64,000 bases of DNA from Candidatus Heimdallarchaeota archaeon (GCA_019056785.1 DXJV01000068.1:81670-145669); one strand, 5' to 3'. Counted from the stretch's first letter, positions 1 through 10,254 are shown. Numbers and translations are program-made. The notes: generated from the letters alone by a model not told the origin.

Positions 1-1
1 G

Positions 2-178
2 GAGATTGCCGAGATTTTAGGGGTAGATGCGGTTATTTATAACACTGTTCCTTTGCTGGTAGACTCTATCGGTTTTGATAAATGGCCCGAAAATAAGAAC
101 CTCTGTCTGGCATGTTTAACGGGGGAATATCCCATAGATGCACCCATTTCGAAAGCGCTGCACCAACGAGAGTCTTAA
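2..178 (+). CDS. purF: Amidophosphoribosyltransferase, C-terminal fragment (gene starts before window)
   Basis: Frame 2 reads EIAEILGVDAVIYNTVPLLVDSIGFDKWPENKNLCLACLTGEYPIDAPISKALHQRES*; CxACxxGxYP is the PurF C-terminal motif; purM lies 5.6 kb downstream. Confidence 0.85.
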   Translation, partial: EIAEILGVDAVIYNTVPLLVDSIGFDKWPENKNLCLACLTGEYPIDAPISKALHQRES

Positions 179-253
179 GGAGAGCAATTATGTGGCAATT
201 TTTGAAACTATAGAAAGCCCCTTGAGATTTTTTTCCAAGAAAAATAGTTTATA

Positions 254-279
254 AACTGTTGCGAGAGATTGTTTATAAT
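254..279 (+). promoter_or_regulatory. Putative BRE/TATA promoter of module copy 1
   Basis: AACTGTTGCGAGAGATTGTTTATAAT is 21/26 identical to 2627-2652 upstream of the paralogous gene. Confidence 0.55.
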
Positions 280-331
280 CTTTCAAAAGCATTTAATATA
301 TAGAATTAATACTGAGGTTAGAGTTAAAGCT

Positions 332-1321
332 ATGTCAAAAAAAAGAATGACTGCCTATTATACAATCTTTCTTATTGTAAATCTAGTTATCTTATCTATA
401 ATACCAATACACACTAATGGAAGTGCGTTCATTAGTGTTCATACTAGCTTTGATAGGATCTCTATTACCTCTTCAAAAATGGCGTTCATTATTAATAATT
501 TTCGACCTCAATTCACTTGGTGGCATGATAATGTGAGTGCTCCCGATGAGATTTTTAATGTTTTTTTTTTGGGATTGTATGAATATTTTGGCCCGGATGA
601 CTATTTATCTGGCACCGGTGAATTGGGAGGGTTAAGTTACAATTTGGACACGAGCAACTGGGAGTATAAAATCACTGAAACGGTTTCCGAGGTTAAGGTC
701 AATTTAACGCTCACGGGATTGGCAAATGATGCTTCACTCTCATTTATAATTCACATTTCCGAGCAGGAGCGAGCTTTAACATATACCGGTTATTACATTG
801 CTGCATTTACTGAAGCATGGCTTGAAATTATTATCAATAATTGGAAGTTAACACCCGGCGCGAAGGGCGTTGCAATAAAATCTGAAGTATTCGAATCCGC
901 AAATACTTTTGGAACAACTGTTGTTAATGATAGCTCTCAAACAATGAATAATCTTGATTCGTTGTATTTTATTAGTTTCCCGGGGACAGCAATTGACAAA
1001 GCTTACTTCAAGTGGGTTATGCTTGCTGATTATTTCAATGAAACGAACGACTTCTTAATAGCTAAATACCTTGGAAAAGCCTTCTTTAATAACACCTATG
1101 ACCCGGAATATGCCACTGCAACTCACCTCTGGCTTTCGTATCCAAAAGTTAGCACCATCCTGACAATTAAGCATAATACGATCTTAGGAGTGTATAAAAC
1201 AACACCTAGCCCAAGTTATAATGTCGGTGTACCACTAGCCTTTGTAGCCGGACTTACGAGCACAATTTTCATTCTTTTAATTGTTAGAAGGAAATGTCGT
1301 ACAGAAAAATTGCCTTTTTAA
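332..1321 (+). CDS. Secreted, C-terminally membrane-anchored beta-rich protein (paralog of 2739-3698)
   Basis: N-terminal signal/TM, C-terminal TM plus RRK; shares PxFxWW..N.S..DEI, EYFG.D..L....ELGG and IIxxNW blocks with 2739-3698; ATG 332 preceded by GAGGT is preferred over TTG 269. Confidence 0.75.
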   Translation: MSKKRMTAYYTIFLIVNLVILSIIPIHTNGSAFISVHTSFDRISITSSKMAFIINNFRPQFTWWHDNVSAPDEIFNVFFLGLYEYFGPDDYLSGTGELGGLSYNLDTSNWEYKITETVSEVKVNLTLTGLANDASLSFIIHISEQERALTYTGYYIAAFTEAWLEIIINNWKLTPGAKGVAIKSEVFESANTFGTTVVNDSSQTMNNLDSLYFISFPGTAIDKAYFKWVMLADYFNETNDFLIAKYLGKAFFNNTYDPEYATATHLWLSYPKVSTILTIKHNTILGVYKTTPSPSYNVGVPLAFVAGLTSTIFILLIVRRKCRTEKLPF

Positions 1322-1369
1322 CCTTTTTTTCTTTAGAGACATTATCCTTTTAAGTTATCTTTTAGTAAT

Positions 1370-2560
1370 ATGAATAGAGAAAAAGTAAGAACCGTTACGA
1401 GTTATTTGGAGTTAAAACTGTTGGTGGGAATCATTAAACAGAAACCTCATTTGACTTTTGCTCTCCTGCTTGTTCTATTTTGTACAATGGTTTTCGTTGA
1501 GTTTTATCAACACCCCCTGCAATCAACAGCTGCAGCAGAAACGCCCCCTATAATTATCAACAATCCTTCCCTCGAAGTAATTCAGGGACATTTTATACTC
1601 TATCATACAATGGGACTCAAAATCCAAAATGATTATTCCTTACAAGTCATTTCAACACTTGTTGTCGAAAATAATGATTCTCAACCGATTGATTTTTTCA
1701 TTTTTCTTATTAATAAATCAGTCAATACCGTTTTTGTGTATGACCCAATTGGCCCATTGAGTTTTACATGGACAAAAAATGATGCTACTCACTCGAGTGC
1801 CCTAAATATTTCCATGCGCTATCCCCTATTAGAAGATGACAAATACGTCCTTTCAATCTCCTATGAAATTGATCCAAGTGCACAAGCCACTTATTTGTTT
1901 TTCATCTCGGATTTTGGTGGTTACTACAATCTGGAATTTCCTCTAATACATTCCATTCGAACAGAACATTTTCAGTTGGAAATTTCTTTGCCGGGAGGGC
2001 ATCTCTTACTCTCGGGCCCTTCTCCCCGTCCTGTTTTCCCCTATCCCACAAAAATAGACATTGTAGACAACCATGTTAAATTGATTTGGATTTACAACTC
2101 AATTGACCTTAATTATGATTATTCCTACTTTGTCAGATTCAATAAAACTGCTTTAGGGACTGCACCTGTTATTTATATACAACTTCCCAAAGCCTTCTTT
2201 GCTTACTTAACCCTAAGTTTCCTCCTGGGAACCATTGCCAGTGGCACAATTTTCTATTTTATTCTAAAGAAGCGCGTCCAACCAACAAAAACCAAATTAG
2301 TCAGTTCGCTGTTATCAGAAGCCGAACAAGCAGTAATTCAAGCAATTAATGAGGAGGGGGGAATGTCCATCCAACGAAAAATCTGTGAACGAACCGGCTT
2401 TTCTAAGTCTAAAGTCTCACAAATTTTGCTCAAACTTGAAGAAAAAGATGTTCTAAAGCGTGAACGGTGGGGGCGAACAAACCGCGTTACCATCACCAAT
2501 CCTTCCTTCCTTAAAATTGATTTGAATGCCAAGGAACAAGTGAAAGAAGAACAATCTTAG
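1370..2560 (+). CDS. Membrane-anchored protein with extracellular domain, TM helix and C-terminal winged-helix DNA-binding domain (COG2512-like)
   Basis: TM followed by LSEAEQAVIQAINEEGGMSIQRKICERTGFSKSKVSQILLKLEEKDVLKRERWGRTNRV (MarR-like wHTH). Confidence 0.8.
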   Translation: MNREKVRTVTSYLELKLLVGIIKQKPHLTFALLLVLFCTMVFVEFYQHPLQSTAAAETPPIIINNPSLEVIQGHFILYHTMGLKIQNDYSLQVISTLVVENNDSQPIDFFIFLINKSVNTVFVYDPIGPLSFTWTKNDATHSSALNISMRYPLLEDDKYVLSISYEIDPSAQATYLFFISDFGGYYNLEFPLIHSIRTEHFQLEISLPGGHLLLSGPSPRPVFPYPTKIDIVDNHVKLIWIYNSIDLNYDYSYFVRFNKTALGTAPVIYIQLPKAFFAYLTLSFLLGTIASGTIFYFILKKRVQPTKTKLVSSLLSEAEQAVIQAINEEGGMSIQRKICERTGFSKSKVSQILLKLEEKDVLKRERWGRTNRVTITNPSFLKIDLNAKEQVKEEQS

Positions 2561-2600
2561 ATGGACAGTGCTATTTTTTTCTTTTGAAGTATTTACCCAT

Positions 2601-2652
2601 TGCAAACCTTATGTAAACCTAACTTGAACCATTGTGAGAGATTCTTTTTAAT
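2601..2652 (+). promoter_or_regulatory. Three 11-bp-phased direct repeats followed by BRE/TATA-like promoter
   Basis: TGCAAACCTTA/TGTAAACCTAA/CTTGAACCATT then GAGAGATTCTTTTTAAT. Confidence 0.55.
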
Positions 2653-2738
2653 TAGTTTTATCCCCAATAATTAGTAGAAATAAATCAAACGCTATTCTTA
2701 TCCAAAAGTAGCCTGTTTAAACGATCGGAGGAAACAAA

Positions 2739-3698
2739 ATGAACATCCAGAAAAAAGTATCTGTGCTTGGAGGGCTTCTTACATTTGCCATCCTCGTCTC
2801 AGCATTAGTACCCACTGTGTCTGCTAAAACAAACAAAATTCATGTTTCACATGGCTCAGAAGGGATTTTAGTACAAACGGAATATTTAACCTTGAAAATT
2901 CTGGATAATAGTCCAAATTTCATTTGGTGGCTTGGCAATCAGAGCTCTGCAGATGAAATATATCAAGTGAATTTCCATCTAATCCAAGAATTCTTTGGAA
3001 GTGACTCAATCCTAGACAACATTACCGAATTAGGGGGGATTGCTTATATCTTTAAGGGGAATCAATGGTCCGTCGATATAGTTGAGAGCGATGCCGCTGT
3101 TCAGGTTACCCTTACTTTAGCAGGACTCTCAAATGGTGCGATGATCCAATTCATTATTACTGTGTTTGAAGAAGATCAAACATTACCAAACACAGAAATC
3201 AAAGGATTGTCAGAGGTTAAAATAGATATCATTGTTGATAATTGGCATTTTAGTAAGGACGCTAAAGGATATGCAATCCAAACGATCATTTCGGAAATGC
3301 AACATAAACATCAAATGCGCATTCGAAATGGCACTCAAACTGAAAATGGTAACCACCATCGAACAATGCAATTCGAAAACATAGAACACGGCACAAAGAA
3401 AGTCGCTTATTATAAATGGGCAACTTTTGCTAATGTCTATTCAAACGACACCCTCATTGATACCATTGACGTTGGAACATTTTACTCTATTGATATTCCT
3501 CGTATTCCTGGCCCAGCGAGTGGCAGCCCAAATGTCTTCTTAACTTATCCTAATTATGGCAATGGGTATAAACTCGTCCACGATCCCTCGGTTGGCGTTT
3601 ATCCAAACTCCCTGTCAATTCCACTCTCAACCATAGCTATTCTCGGGGGTTTGGTAATGATTGTAGCCATCGCTGTAATAATAAAGAAACGAAAATAG
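2739..3698 (+). CDS. Secreted, C-terminally membrane-anchored protein (paralog of 332-1321)
   Basis: Signal peptide ending VSA, LVHDPSVGV motif, C-terminal TM plus KKRK; SD GGAGG upstream. Confidence 0.8.
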   Translation: MNIQKKVSVLGGLLTFAILVSALVPTVSAKTNKIHVSHGSEGILVQTEYLTLKILDNSPNFIWWLGNQSSADEIYQVNFHLIQEFFGSDSILDNITELGGIAYIFKGNQWSVDIVESDAAVQVTLTLAGLSNGAMIQFIITVFEEDQTLPNTEIKGLSEVKIDIIVDNWHFSKDAKGYAIQTIISEMQHKHQMRIRNGTQTENGNHHRTMQFENIEHGTKKVAYYKWATFANVYSNDTLIDTIDVGTFYSIDIPRIPGPASGSPNVFLTYPNYGNGYKLVHDPSVGVYPNSLSIPLSTIAILGGLVMIVAIAVIIKKRK

Positions 3699-3708
3699 TT
3701 TTTCTCTT

Positions 3709-3741
3709 GATGTGGTCCGGGTTGTATGCCGGGGCCACATC
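3709..3741 (+). terminator. GC-rich stem-loop after 2739-3698 (terminator or mRNA-stabilising hairpin)
   Basis: GATGTGGTCCGG-N8-CCGGGGCCACATC inverted repeat. Confidence 0.6.
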
Positions 3742-3793
3742 ACCCTCTAAATCAAAAGAATCTTATTGCTAACAGATTTAATATTTATTAGTA

Positions 3794-4891
3794 GTGAAGG
3801 TTGATGCTCAAATGATGAAGCTAAAAGCTATCCTTATTCATGTTTTCCTCTCATTAGCTCTTCTTACCTCTCTGTCACACTCTCAACATATGAGTTCCCT
3901 ACCACTGGCTACCCCCTCGGGGGAGCTCAGGCCACCTTTCTCACAAACAATTAACCTTGCAACGAGTAATAATGAAACCTTGCTCAGCCATGTGATGGAG
4001 GTTGATATTCAAATAGATTTCACCGTCAAAGTAACCTCAACTTTTGTTCTTGCTAATAACAACAGCTATCCCATTTCCAACTTTCTTTTGACTATCAATA
4101 TGACCATCTTTTCTGTCTTTTGCTCTGACCCTTTGGGCCCCCTCGATTTTCAATGGATGGTCGCCCCTGAATTTGGCAACCTAATTAATATCTCTATGCG
4201 CTTCCCTCTCCTTTCAAATAATATCTACGTCTTTTCTGTTACATATGTTATAGATCATATAATTTATCATAATGAGGGGTCCTTGGATTATTATGGACTA
4301 GACTTTGAGGTAACCCACCCTCGAAACACTGAAACCTTTGTTCTGGACCTCTCTCTACCAGTGTATGCTACTATTGTAAAGGATGCCCCTTTTGAACCTA
4401 TTTTCCCCTCAGCTAACAAGATTTACAAAGAAAATGAAGTTGTGACCGTAGAGTGGCAATTGGACCAACGTATTGCCAATGAAACAGATATCTTCCTTGT
4501 TAGATTTGCTTTTGGGGTTGAAAATACCGGCAATAACTTTCCTTACAATGCCCTTTTTTACCCTCTGACAGTATTATTCAGTCTTCTTGTTGGAGGGGCC
4601 ATTGTTTTTCTCGTTTTACATTTTAGGAATAAACCTGTTGAAAAAGAACTTGTAACAGCTCTTCTCACAAATACAGAACAAGAAATCATTAAAGCCATCA
4701 ATGCAGATGGTGGCATTTCCACCCAAAGAAGGATCTGTGAAAAAACAGGCTATTCAAAGTCTAAAGTCTCACAAATTTTAACAAAACTTGAAGAAAAAAA
4801 GGTTCTTAAACGCGAGCGATGGGGCCGTACAAATAAAGTCACAATTACAAACAGCTCAATGCGACAACTGGGGATGTTGGAGTCCAAATAA
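3794..4891 (+). CDS. Membrane-anchored wHTH regulator (paralog of 1370-2560)
   Basis: Shares DPxGPLxFxW, NISMRxPLL and the near-identical HTH segment QRRICEKTGYSKSKVSQILTKLEEKKVLKRERWGRTNKV. Confidence 0.8.
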   Translation: MKVDAQMMKLKAILIHVFLSLALLTSLSHSQHMSSLPLATPSGELRPPFSQTINLATSNNETLLSHVMEVDIQIDFTVKVTSTFVLANNNSYPISNFLLTINMTIFSVFCSDPLGPLDFQWMVAPEFGNLINISMRFPLLSNNIYVFSVTYVIDHIIYHNEGSLDYYGLDFEVTHPRNTETFVLDLSLPVYATIVKDAPFEPIFPSANKIYKENEVVTVEWQLDQRIANETDIFLVRFAFGVENTGNNFPYNALFYPLTVLFSLLVGGAIVFLVLHFRNKPVEKELVTALLTNTEQEIIKAINADGGISTQRRICEKTGYSKSKVSQILTKLEEKKVLKRERWGRTNKVTITNSSMRQLGMLESK

Positions 4892-4952
4892 GAAAAGACC
4901 ATTATACGCGTTAGATACTTTCAAATAAGAGAAATAGAGTTACCAATACCAA

Positions 4953-5723
4953 ATGCCTCAACAACAATTCACAATCATTCCCGGTGCAGAACCATTTCGT
5001 TTAAAGGGTAAAGGGCCGAAAGTCTTACTCATCCACGGCTTTACTGCCAGCCCGACAGAAATGCGCCCAATTGGTGATTTCCTCCATTCAAAAGGAGCGG
5101 ATGTTTATTCTGTTCTACTGGCAGGACATGGCACGACGCCTGAAGATCTTCAAACTAAGAAATGGCCTGATTGGTGGGGATCAGTAAAGAACGCCTTCGA
5201 AACAATCGATGGTTGCGAGTTTGTCATAGGCTTTTCCACAGGAGCGCTTCTTGCAAGCCGTCTTGCAGTTGAATATCGCGAGCAATTAAAAGGAGTCATT
5301 CTTATCTCCACTTTTTTGAAGATAAAACCATTAATTCTCTCAAGGTTATCTTTTCTCTTTCCGATAATTAAACGTTTAAAACCATATATCAATAAAAGCG
5401 CTGAAACCGAGCAATTTTTCAAAAAGCATCATTTGATTAGTTATTTAAAATACCCTATGGCCGCAGTTGAGGAAGCAATAAAATTAGTGAAATTCACTAA
5501 AAAACATGTTCTTCCAAGAGTAACCATTCCGACACTGGTAATTCAAGGTGCAAAAGACGATCGCATCCATCCCTCAAGTAGTAAACTATTGATGCGTTTA
5601 CTTTCAACAGAGAATAAGCGCTTAGTTATGCTTCCCAATTCTCAGCATATAGTTTCTGTTGGACCTGATAGAGAGCTTCTTTTCAATACCATTTATAAGT
5701 TTATAAGTACACTCGAGAAGTAA
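4953..5723 (+). CDS. Alpha/beta hydrolase, carboxylesterase/monoacylglycerol lipase-like
   Basis: LIHGFTASP oxyanion motif, GFSTG nucleophile elbow, QGAKDD acid, SQH histidine. Confidence 0.9.
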   Translation: MPQQQFTIIPGAEPFRLKGKGPKVLLIHGFTASPTEMRPIGDFLHSKGADVYSVLLAGHGTTPEDLQTKKWPDWWGSVKNAFETIDGCEFVIGFSTGALLASRLAVEYREQLKGVILISTFLKIKPLILSRLSFLFPIIKRLKPYINKSAETEQFFKKHHLISYLKYPMAAVEEAIKLVKFTKKHVLPRVTIPTLVIQGAKDDRIHPSSSKLLMRLLSTENKRLVMLPNSQHIVSVGPDRELLFNTIYKFISTLEK

Positions 5724-5831
5724 ACTGAATGAAAATTTAATTGCTCTTTAGAAATACTTAAGATTCACTCTATTGCAGAGTTTCATTAAGAACAGCTGCG
5801 AGCAAAGGCTTTGAAAAAAGTGGTGGCATAG

Positions 5832-6911
5832 ATGAATAAGAAGAAAGGACTAACCTACAAAGACTCCGGTGTTGATATCTTTGAAGAAGGGGAAGCAATT
5901 GACCAAATCTGGCGCCTTCTCCCTAAAACATTTCAATTGAACCCGAAAGTGAAATTTCTCCCAGCTATTTCCCATTATGGCGGCATTGTTGATATTGGTA
6001 TGCCAGATAAATATCTCGTCGTCACTGTTGATGGGGTAGGCTCCAAAGTTCTCATCGCTGAGATGTTAGAAAAATACGACACTGTTGGCATTGATTGTAT
6101 TGCGATGAATGTTAATGACCTCATTTGTGTTGGCGCTGAACCACTTGTTTTTGTGGACTATTTCGCAATAGAACAACCAAATAGTCACATGGCCTATCAA
6201 ATCACACAAGGCTTAGTGAAAGGAGCCGAGCAAGCAAAAATGGTTATTATTGGTGGCGAAACAGCCACTCTTCCGGACATTATTCGAGGTGTAGACGGGA
6301 AGGGATTTGACCTCGCTGGTACAGCAATTGGTATTGTTGACAAAAACAAACTTCTTTTAGGGGACAAAATCCAACCGGGTGATGCCATCTTTGGCATTGC
6401 AAGCAGTGGGCTTCATTCCAATGGTTATTCACTTGTCCGAAAAGTCTTGTTGGAAAAACATGCAATTACTGACACTGTTAATGGCATTAGCTTAGCAGAA
6501 GAGCTTCTTCGCCCAACAGCAATTTATGTTCAAGAGGTGCTTGAATTAATTGACAAGGTAGAGCTTCATGGCTTAGCAAATATAACCGGTGGGGCTTTTC
6601 TTAAGCTTGCACGTCTTTTGCGTCAGTCAAAAGAAGAGATTGGCGTTCTTCTCAACAACCTTCCGGAACCACCACTCATTTTCAAATTAATTCAATCACT
6701 GGGAAACATCTCGAACAAGGAAATGTATCAAACCCTTAATATGGGAATTGGCTTTTGCATTATCGCACCGCCAAAGGCTTTTACTAAGATCAAAGAGATT
6801 TGTACAAAATATAACAAAACCGTTTATCAGATAGGTAAAATTACGAATAAAAAGCAAATTACTATCAAATTGCCTTCTGAAACACTTGATTACCCAACCA
6901 ACAAATATTAA
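5832..6911 (+). CDS. purM: Phosphoribosylformylglycinamidine cyclo-ligase (AIR synthetase)
   Basis: TYKDSGVD, DGVGSK, DCIAMNVND, GGETA, SSGLHSNGYSL, NMGIG. Confidence 0.97.
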   Translation: MNKKKGLTYKDSGVDIFEEGEAIDQIWRLLPKTFQLNPKVKFLPAISHYGGIVDIGMPDKYLVVTVDGVGSKVLIAEMLEKYDTVGIDCIAMNVNDLICVGAEPLVFVDYFAIEQPNSHMAYQITQGLVKGAEQAKMVIIGGETATLPDIIRGVDGKGFDLAGTAIGIVDKNKLLLGDKIQPGDAIFGIASSGLHSNGYSLVRKVLLEKHAITDTVNGISLAEELLRPTAIYVQEVLELIDKVELHGLANITGGAFLKLARLLRQSKEEIGVLLNNLPEPPLIFKLIQSLGNISNKEMYQTLNMGIGFCIIAPPKAFTKIKEICTKYNKTVYQIGKITNKKQITIKLPSETLDYPTNKY

Positions 6912-6918
6912 TTCCTCT

Positions 6919-7662
6919 CTAAAGAACCAACGGCAAATTGTCCTTAGTAATAATTCCTTTGTGAAACGCTGTTGCTATTAAACAGCCACCTACTGCCATT
7001 TTTTTAAGTGCAATAACATCAGTAATATTTCTAACTCCTCCCCCGGCAAAAATTGGTGTCTTAGGTTTTCTAGCTAAAATCTCGAGGAGTGGTTTGCTAA
7101 TTGGCCCGGTGCTTTTTCCAACCTTTCGAATGTCCAAAACAATTACAGCATAAAGTTGCAGCGGCTCAATAAACTCGAGAAGTTCGAGTAACGGCATTTT
7201 TTGTAGTCGTTCATTTTTTGCCAGTATTTGTCCATTCACCAAATCAATACTAACAAGAATTTTCTCACCACCGACGACTTTGACGAGCTCAGAGACAGTC
7301 TCGAGTGATTCTATTGTCTCCGTTCCAAGAATGACTTTATCCACGCCCCACGAAAACAATTTTATTGCTTCATTAACAGTTTCAACTCCTCCATCCAACA
7401 TAATTTTCCATCTTTTGTTTTGAGCAATTTGCCGGATGCTATTTTCATTGCAATTACTATTTTCTGTTTTTTGTATTAGATTAAGATCTGCGATATAAAA
7501 TGTCTTTAAACCAAGTTTCTCAGCGAAATTACTCGCAACAATAAATGGCTCCGGACTTGAGGAAATAATAGATTGCTCTATTGGTCGGTAGTTCTTTCGC
7601 TTGCCTGCAACACCGTGAACTACAACACCATCTAAAATGTCTAGGACAGGAATAACTTTCAT
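6919..7662 (-). CDS. HisA/HisF-related TIM-barrel protein
   Basis: IPVLDILDGVVVHGVAGKRKNYRP, YIADL, DGG, GTET, AGGGVR; resembles the archaeal hisAF-related family linked to methanopterin C1 clusters rather than true HisA. Confidence 0.8.
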   Translation of the reverse strand: MKVIPVLDILDGVVVHGVAGKRKNYRPIEQSIISSSPEPFIVASNFAEKLGLKTFYIADLNLIQKTENSNCNENSIRQIAQNKRWKIMLDGGVETVNEAIKLFSWGVDKVILGTETIESLETVSELVKVVGGEKILVSIDLVNGQILAKNERLQKMPLLELLEFIEPLQLYAVIVLDIRKVGKSTGPISKPLLEILARKPKTPIFAGGGVRNITDVIALKKMAVGGCLIATAFHKGIITKDNLPLVL

Positions 7663-7775
7663 GAGTAAAGCAACCCGACTTTTAAATTAAATCTTTTTAG
7701 GCATTAAGTGAAAAAAGTTTTAATAAGGCTCGCAACCTTATCATTTCAAAGCATTTTACGGGGCATTCACTATAA

Positions 7776-9032
7776 ATGGACAGGATTCGAAGTGGCTTGT
7801 TTTCTGCAATTACTAATGTTCCTTTTCGGGCTGGGAAATTAGCAATAGAACGTGTCAATAGCCAAACAATGGACTCAAATCCTGCTCTCTGTCTTGTTTT
7901 TTTCTCGGAACGGTATGCAGACCCTGAGCTAGTCCATGGTATCATCCAAAAAATCAACCCTGATGTTGTAGCTGGTTGTTCAACAAATGGAGAAATCGCT
8001 GCTGGTTATTGGCGTGAAAGTGTGATCGCCATTTCGCTTTCAACAGATTTCATGCGATTTGGTATTGCAGTTGAAGCTAACGAAAAACTGGCTAACGCTA
8101 ATGATGGAATAGTTTACGAGGATTTCTACAAGCGAGCATTAACAGACTTACGCAATAAGCTTCTCTTTCAAGAGAACAAAATGGTTCTGCCAGTGAATCC
8201 AAAACACATGAACCCAGATTTTGGCTTGTTGTTTCTTCCAGGAACGGACCCTGACAGCGAACCAAAAGCGAATACCGTTATCCAAGGACTCCGGAAATAT
8301 CTCGGTGAAATCCCCCTAATAGGGGGGAGTATTGGTGATGACTACAATTATGAGAATGGTTATGTTATTTTTAAAGATGAATTTCTCGAGAATCACACAT
8401 TACTTATCCTTGGCCGGTCCGATTTGGAATTCTCTATGGCACAAGTCCATGGCTATCACATTAAAAAAGAGTTCACTGTTACAAAAGCGATCAATAATCG
8501 CATAGTTTCTCTTAACAATGAACCAGCCTCTTTGGTTTATTTCCGCGAATTAAATTTACCTGTCGTTGAGATCTCCGATTTACGAGATGAAATTTGTGCT
8601 TTGAATCCTTTCGGTATTAAAGATCAATCTACAGGAGAACTTCAAATCCTTTTCCCTATGTCACGGGGGAAAGAAGCAAAAGAATTGACTGTTTCTCAAG
8701 TAATCCCTGAAGGCGCAACAATCTATTTTACCGAAGCAGAACTTGACGCTGCAAAAAAAGCCTCCCTAGATGCAATCAAAAAAGCGTATGTCGATGGCGC
8801 CATCAAGGACCCTCGTTTGGGCATTCTCTTTTCATGTGGGGGACGAAGTACATTCTATTTTGATCGCGCATTAGCAGAGATTGAAGAAATTAAAAAACGC
8901 TTCAAATATACAAATATTGGTGGTGCCTACCTCTATGGCACCCTTTGTGGAAAGAACAATTGGGTTTCAGAAGGCTCCAGTAGTGTTTTGTTGATTGGCA
9001 ATGAACTCCGTAAGCGCCCGGAAATGAAATAG
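7776..9032 (+). CDS. FIST N/C domain sensory protein
   Basis: VAGCSTNGEI, PLIGGSIGDD, HGY, LNNEPA, FSCGGR. Confidence 0.85.
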   Translation: MDRIRSGLFSAITNVPFRAGKLAIERVNSQTMDSNPALCLVFFSERYADPELVHGIIQKINPDVVAGCSTNGEIAAGYWRESVIAISLSTDFMRFGIAVEANEKLANANDGIVYEDFYKRALTDLRNKLLFQENKMVLPVNPKHMNPDFGLLFLPGTDPDSEPKANTVIQGLRKYLGEIPLIGGSIGDDYNYENGYVIFKDEFLENHTLLILGRSDLEFSMAQVHGYHIKKEFTVTKAINNRIVSLNNEPASLVYFRELNLPVVEISDLRDEICALNPFGIKDQSTGELQILFPMSRGKEAKELTVSQVIPEGATIYFTEAELDAAKKASLDAIKKAYVDGAIKDPRLGILFSCGGRSTFYFDRALAEIEEIKKRFKYTNIGGAYLYGTLCGKNNWVSEGSSSVLLIGNELRKRPEMK

Positions 9033-9040
9033 TGGCAATA

Positions 9041-10024
9041 CTATTCTTTCGAAGAAACATTCTCTAGAAAGACATTGGCATTATGCCACCCCTCTCGCCG
9101 GAGGATTTCATTTGACATTCGGAGCACCTTGAGTTTCTTATGAAGGCAAACAAATTTCAACGGGAGGTTGCCAAGCGGTTCACCCATTGAATGAGCGGGG
9201 ATGGTTTTTACGGCATTTGTTGAAATTACGACCTTTTTTCCTCGCAGCACCTCCACTTTAGGGTGTTCAATATGTGTTCCATCTGAGAGTTTCCGTGAAG
9301 TGATTAAAGACTCGAACACACCCGTATTGCCTATAATGACGACATCCAATAGTCCATCGTCAATAATTGCATTGGGGGCGACTAATTTGCCATTGCCAAC
9401 GCGCTGTCCATTACAAACCATCACTGAAAGGCACTTTTGATCTCTTACCTCTCGCCCATCATCGATATCAATATGCATGTGACGAGGTCGATATTGAAAG
9501 AAGGATTTTACCAAGCTAATGTTATAGCTTATTCTGGAGTCTTTTCCGATGACTTTATTTGCTACAACAGCATCAATGCCCGCGCCGGTAACACCAAGGC
9601 AATATCTTTCCCCATCATTTATTTCGATGCAATCCACGACACGGGTTTGTTTCTCGGTGAGCATTTGTATTATATCGTCAATTTTATTTGTCTGTCGCAG
9701 GCTGAAGGCATTATCATTTCCTCTTCCAGCCGGGATGATTCCCAAGGTTGTTTTAAAACCCGTTTGACCAATTGCGGTAACAATCTCATTAATTGTACCG
9801 TCCCCACCATAGGCAACGATGATTTTATGGTCACTAATAGACTCTTTTGTGATTCTAATGGCGTCATTCCGCCCTTTTGTCCATTCCACTTCAAAATCAA
9901 GTTGAGCCTCTTTTAATTTCTTCACGATTGCTGGCCAAGCTTTTCGTGCTTTTCCACCGAAAGTCACAGGATTACAAATGATTTTCAATTTTAGACACCA
10001 TCCCAGTGTTATTGGAAGTAGCAA
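9041..10024 (-). CDS. Diacylglycerol/lipid kinase family protein (YegS/DgkB-like)
   Basis: NP..GG, GGDGTINE, GIIPAGRGNDNA, GAGIDA, DDGLLD. Confidence 0.92.
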   Translation of the reverse strand: MLLPITLGWCLKLKIICNPVTFGGKARKAWPAIVKKLKEAQLDFEVEWTKGRNDAIRITKESISDHKIIVAYGGDGTINEIVTAIGQTGFKTTLGIIPAGRGNDNAFSLRQTNKIDDIIQMLTEKQTRVVDCIEINDGERYCLGVTGAGIDAVVANKVIGKDSRISYNISLVKSFFQYRPRHMHIDIDDGREVRDQKCLSVMVCNGQRVGNGKLVAPNAIIDDGLLDVVIIGNTGVFESLITSRKLSDGTHIEHPKVEVLRGKKVVISTNAVKTIPAHSMGEPLGNLPLKFVCLHKKLKVLRMSNEILRREGWHNANVFLENVSSKE

Positions 10025-10254
10025 TCAGTTCTGTCAGTTAAGCTACTTTTTCTCAAGAAAGTCTATTACTTTCCGCATTTTAAGTTTTGTCGCAAAAGAA
10101 AGCTTCTTTTAGGGACAAAAATAATTTGATAGTAGAAGATAAAAAAACTCTTAAAGAATTAACGAGTAAGAAAAGAGTATTATTTAATTCACAAATCATA
10201 ACCAAACCAGAGTAAAAAAAGAGATTCCCATAAAAAGGGGGTTAGCAAAGAAAA

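Noticed and set aside
6919-7662. Bona fide hisA
   Set aside because: No other his genes nearby; motifs fit the HisA/F-related family better
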